DNA of 64,000 nt. Origin: Eledone cirrhosa. Its lineage: Eukaryota. The stretch lies in assembly GCA_964016885.1 (NCBI GenBank), contig OZ024745.1, forward strand, positions 36,456,001 to 36,520,000, read 5' to 3'. Numbering within the stretch: the stretch's first letter is position 1; every line of letters starts with the position of its first letter. Shown here piece after piece: positions 58,465 to 64,000 of the stretch. The notes under the pieces were generated by a model that did not search any database, was not told where the DNA came from, and saw only the letters and a list, made by a program, of their open reading frames with translations. A program made the position numbers and the translations under genes.

Positions 58465-60232
58465 CTATATATGGTTCTGTGTCTGTAGGGGAGGGAATGT
58501 TTGTATGTTTGCGTGATTTCAATTGTAATCACTCAGCCACGTTTAGGCAAGTTTCTAATCTCCGGAGTTTGACTCCTAACAGACGTTACTATTTGTCCTT
58601 TCATACTTTTGTGGTTGCGAAATATAATATAATTATATGTAATAAACTATTCTCAATAATATAATCGTCTACTCTCTCCTCCTCACATTTCCGAAGCTTC
58701 TTCTGCCTATAGTTAAATTAATATTCCGACTGTGTGTTTATTAGCGGAGTCACCAATATTTACTATATCTCATTTCCACTGGAGTATCGTTACTAATATG
58801 GAGCTGCCAAGTGCAACAACACCTACAACTAATGCTGTATTAAATATTCGTTGGGAAGTTAAAAACCTCAGCCTATTCTACAGTTTGTAGTGTTATATTA
58901 TTTTAATAATCTAATCAGGAAAAAATATTTTTTTTAATTTCGTGATCTAAATTCTCAAATGGAATGTTCACTTGAATATTTCTTTGTGAATATTTACCGT
59001 TTGTATAGTTGTTAATTTATTTTGTTGGTAATTTTAATGACAATATAAAATAGAAAATTACACAAACACCACAGAGGAGCCACGCTTGCAAGCATTTGTT
59101 TAATAAATACAAATACATGTTTTTCCATATCACTGGGTTGATCAGAAATCTAAACTTGCAACGGTACAAGTTTAATAAAACTCCCTTTCGGCAAAAATAC
59201 AATTTTTAATCACATATTTAAAGATGGTAATCTATGCATAATCCTTATAGAATACAGCTTGTCTTGTTATAGATTAATATTCACAGCTTTCTGGTCTTGA
59301 GGACTCAGCAGGTCGGAGCTTGTTACCGATTCATGTAGCGTTTAGTTGCTCAGAGGGATGACTCTCAATTAGACGTGATGACAGGCTGTTGCAAGCTCGT
59401 CTTGGCGCTCATTTCTCTAGCGGAATCTGGAAAATATGAATACAATGAGTGAGCAAAGATATAATGACGACCTCGCTCAACGACACAGCTCGCCGCGCAA
59501 TCCGATGAGCAAGCCAACTGCCTTACATCTACCGGCCTAACATCCTTAGTCCTTGTCCACATGCATTTCGCCTATAAATACAAAACATGACAAAGTATTT
59601 AAAAATGACTGTTTATGAAATAAGATCGCAATAGAAATCTCAGCTCTCTCCAATTATAAATTTCTGCACATAAAATCACATGCATGCACCTGTATTGACC
59701 TCTGCATGAATATCATTAGTGGTACAACATTGATAAAAGCATTTATTTACGTACACACAATACATAAAGCTGTTTGATGAATGTTCCTCTCTAAACTTAT
59801 TAATTCTTTATCTATTTTTTCTGTTACAATTACTTCATAACAATAGATTTTAAAATTGAGTACGTGTCTTCAATTTCGCCTTTAACATTTTAATAATAAT
59901 TTTGTTTAAATTATTTCTTTTGGCAAGATAATGATAATGCTTTTCATTGTGATGCCCGATTTGCTAAGAACTGGAAATGTGAACTCAGAACAATAAAGCA
60001 TCGTTTAAAAATCTAATGTTAAACGAGTAAATATTGCGAAATGAATATGTATGTATATATGTATATTACATATATATATATTGTATGTATATATATACAA
60101 ATATATATGTGTGTGTGTGTATGTGTGTGTGTGTGTATGCGTGTGAGCACAGACACAGACATACACATACACACAGACACACACACAGGCACAGAGACAC
60201 ACGCACACACGCACATACATATATATATATAT

Positions 60233-60336
60233 GATGGCTGCCCCCTCGTTATCGAGTATGGCCATTGCACGAGATAAAAATAATAAATAAATAAATAAAA
60301 GAAAATAAAAAAAATAAATAAAATAAAATAAAATAA

Positions 60337-60369
<33 letters not shown>

Positions 60370-60495
60370 AATAAATTTAAAAAAATATATATATATATAT
60401 AAATATATATATATACCTACATACATATATATACATACACACATACATACACATACACACACACATATACACACACTCACACATACATTAATAAC

Positions 60496-60526
<31 letters not shown>

Positions 60527-61577
60527 GCAATAATAATAATAACGACAACAACAATAATAATATACATATTCATATATATATACACACACACGCACGCACA
60601 TAAGCATATCTACACACACACACACACACGATAACAACTAACAGTGCTGCGATCGAATGTGGCTTTTTAGCCCAGCCAATGATCTACAATGTCTTGCACA
60701 GAGTCGGCAACCAAAACATTCTCTGGGAATAGTCGGCTGTGGTTGGAGTTCGTGTACTTTTGCATGTCGTTTGAGCCCTCCTGCTGATTTACATTCTCTA
60801 CCACATGTTTGGCAAGCATGATGAGTAGCATCTCCAACAACAGCCTGGTAGTCAACCACTGGTCTTACTTTATGACTGCGAAGATGACTTTCGAGTCCAG
60901 CTTTGCTTAGGCAGCGTCTCGCACAGACGCTGCATGTCAGCACCATAGGAGGACCCTCGCCGTCTGGAAGTGCAACAGTAATGCCCTTCCTCACATCCCG
61001 CTTTACTTTCTCGTGTGCGATTCGAGATGCCTCAAAGGCAACTTTTCCCTCATTATACGGTCTTTCTCCATTTATTACGATCAGCAGCAATATTTTCCCA
61101 TGTATCAGCAGAGATGTTAGCGTCTTTCAGAGAGGCTTTCAAGGAATCCTTATACCTCTTTTTTGGTTTATGTGGCGGTCGTTTTCCCTTAACCAACTCT
61201 CCATAGAAGATATGTTTTGGTATTCTAGAATCCTTCATCCTGGCAAGGTGACCACTCCAACGGAGTCGTTGCTTAAGCACAAGAGCTTCTATACTGTCAC
61301 ACATAGAGCTTTCCAAAATCTCGACATCACTGATGTGGTCCCTCCAGTGAACGCCATGGATCCGTCTGAGACACATCTGATGGAAACGCTCCAATTGCTT
61401 AAGGTGGTGTCGATATGTGACCCAGGTCTCGCAGGCATAAAGAAGACAAGAGAGTACACATGCCCTGTACACCTTTACCTTTGTCCTCCTGCATATGTCT
61501 CGCCGACCCCAGAGTCGCCTTTCTAGCTTTCCGAAAGCATCACTTGCTTTCCTAATCCTAAGTGAGACTTCACTGTT
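60233..61577 (-). mobile_element. 5'-truncated RTE-clade LINE with three C-terminal C2H2 zinc fingers
   Basis: RIRKASDAFGKL..LLYACETW..LERFHQMCLRRI..RLRWSGHLARM..PKHIFYGEL, then a 1 nt frameshift near 61055 into three CxxC..H..H fingers. Stop at 60638. 3' terminal hairpin at 60233-60265. Confidence 0.88.
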
Positions 61578-64000
61578 TATATATATATATATATATAAAC
61601 AGATAAATCGTGTGCACCCATTTCTTCGATCAGAGGAGTATAACATATATGTAATTTGATGTGAATCTTTAAGTGCTGGAGGTTAGTATTTTTCTTGCGA
61701 ATAAGCATTGAGAATATATCAGTCCCATGGTGTTTGTACCAATTGAATGCAAGACTGACTATAAATTCATTCGGAGAATGTGAAGAAGCAGAAGTTGGAA
61801 GATCTGTACGTTGATAGAGTGTTTAAGTAAAACATAGTGCGCGCAACATTGTCGAGTACTTAAGGATTTTGCTTCGCTATCTTTAGAACCAGTGTTCAAT
61901 CCAACTCTGTAGCACCTTGTATAAATGATACTTACTTGGTCGCCTTGATCGAGTGGACCTATTAACAGAAACAAAGATGCTTTCATCTTCAAGTCCCCAC
62001 CGTTTTCAGTGTACCTATGAATATATTACCCAAAGCGTTCTTTTTTTTTAGGGTGTAGAGTGTTGAGATTTTCAGTTGGCTTTTAGAATTTCGCTTTCTC
62101 TATGGAGATGTGATCATACATTTTAAGGTAATCTCAGGAGTATCCATTAAATTAACTGAGTGAAGACACTGAAGATTATTACGCAACGAAGTTACATGGG
62201 TTAGAATTTTCTCTAAACACAAGCATATTCTGAAAGACATTATTACATTTTGATTGAGAGTGACAAGTTCATAAGAAGAATGATTAGTTCGGTGGTTTGT
62301 AATCAAAGACTTTGTTAATATCATGTTCTGAAGATATTTTTCGCTGCGATTTCTCTAAACCTAAAGACTGCAGGAAATTAACTCACTAATGGATGTAGCC
62401 TTTCAGGGCAACATTCAGCATCAGTAATGAAAATTCGGCTGGGATTGCAAGATGTTATAAAGGATTTATGATTAGATTTTTTTTCTTTTAGTTATGATGT
62501 TTATCCACCACGTTAAAAAATACCAGCAACCATAGTAAATACCTATTTAGTTCATCCTATTTTGCTTGTAATATGTTTAACTTGAGGGAGAGGCTTCGTC
62601 CATAACCTCCATAGACCTTCCGATGTGGGAGTGATTGATTTAGTTAACGTTCATTTTACCCAGTTACAAATCGGCAACTGTAGGAAAGAGTATATGTGGG
62701 AGGGAATTCCAGAGAGCAGATATCTGAGTAAAAATGAGAGGGTGCAGTGAGTAATATAGGGTATGGGGTTGAACTCTATATGGCTAAATAGATATGGTTA
62801 AGTTGTGCCTAATTGGAGATAGTACGGCACCTGGCAATTAGAGGAGCGGTAATAGAAGAAAAATAGACAGAGTGTGGTAACATCAAGTAGTTCCCAATAT
62901 GATGTATATGATGTAATTTTATGAGAGCTATCATGCCAATCAGTTTAGTGGCAGCCAGACATGTTTCTGTGAGTAGGAACATCACCGCCACAGATATGGG
63001 AGAGCTACCTCATGGTGGATTTCACCGGGGGTTTTGTACAAACGGATGAAGAATTTTCTGTTCCTAAAGAAGGTGTCACACAGAATGAATACCTAAAGTT
63101 ATAAATGGACATAGGAAGAATAGAATGTGTGTGGGGAGGGGGGGGAAGAACAGACAAATTTGCAAAGCAATAAAGAAGCCTGTGAGGTAGATCAAGCTGT
63201 TATATATATATATATATCAGTCCTTAACATCTTGGAAATGGGAGGGCACATTAGAGTGTGTAGACCTACATACACTATGATAGAAAGAGGAGTTGATCCT
63301 AGGTGCAAAGCTTTTATTAGAGGTGTGATTGATCAAGAATGACTTGGGAGCTAAGCAACAATAATTCAGAAATAAATATACGCATCATTTTATTTTCCTT
63401 TTTCCTATTTATTTCTCCTCTTGGCAAATTGAATAAACTATTGCATTCACTTTTCTCGTCTTGTCTTAGAATTTTGTGGTGAGGTGGCAATGGATCGTGA
63501 AGAAGATGTTGAAATCTCTACACCTATAATTTTGCAATAACTAACTTGTCAAGCTACGATTCTCAATCAAATTTCAGCAATATAATAGAGTAGTTTCAAT
63601 TGAACATTATCCTACCCTTAAAACAATGACACTTTGTGTATATTGAATCAAAGCAATATGTTGTTAGAAATTTATATCTATGCTATTTCTTCTGAATTCT
63701 GAAATTAAAGAAAATGACATCCATATTTTAAAATAGTTTTTATATACTTGAATATTTTATTTTAAATAAATATTATAAGGCAAATGTACAATTGAATAAA
63801 ACTGTGATCTAAAACAAAGCCACAAAAGAAAATCTAGCAGAGGTGCCTGTGTGGTTACGAAGTTGTAAACAGGTTCACTTCGCAACGATGCAGTTTCCAT
63901 TTCACTGGTGCTTTGGGAAAATATCTTCTAGTATAGCCTCGAGTTAACAAACGTCAAGTAAATATAAATCAATAGACTGAAACTGTGTGTAACGCCTAAT

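Noticed and set aside
60638-61090. Host C2H2 zinc-finger gene
   Set aside because: Contiguous through a 1 nt frameshift with an RTE RT C-terminus and followed by the RTE terminal hairpin.

Overview
AT-rich animal DNA saturated with (TA)n/(CA)n/(GA)n microsatellites. The SINE family and repeat landscape suggest an octopod cephalopod (inference). I can support no host protein-coding exon; most ORFs in the track are translated microsatellites. The window is a retroelement community mostly inserted into (TA)n tracts. It holds a ~6.8 kb Penelope-like element (PLE; RT plus C-terminal GIY-YIG, Hydra-clade-like) with pLTRs and a 2.6 kb inverted arm, and two more PLE 3' fragments. It also holds RTE-clade LINE fragments, a bipartite RTE-derived non-autonomous family, tRNA-derived SINEs and non-autonomous Helitrons. 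About 14 sequence-distinct short elements or pLTRs each carry a hand-foldable type I hammerhead ribozyme (HHR), often as fold-back palindromes or partial tandems, and several have non-canonical cores. The most striking observation is a ~510 bp non-coding family (4 copies). It has the hammerhead core elements in an order matching none of types I/II/III, and stem III is extended by a covarying kink-turn, so it is a candidate new pseudoknotted hammerhead architecture. All RNA folds were made by eye and are untested.
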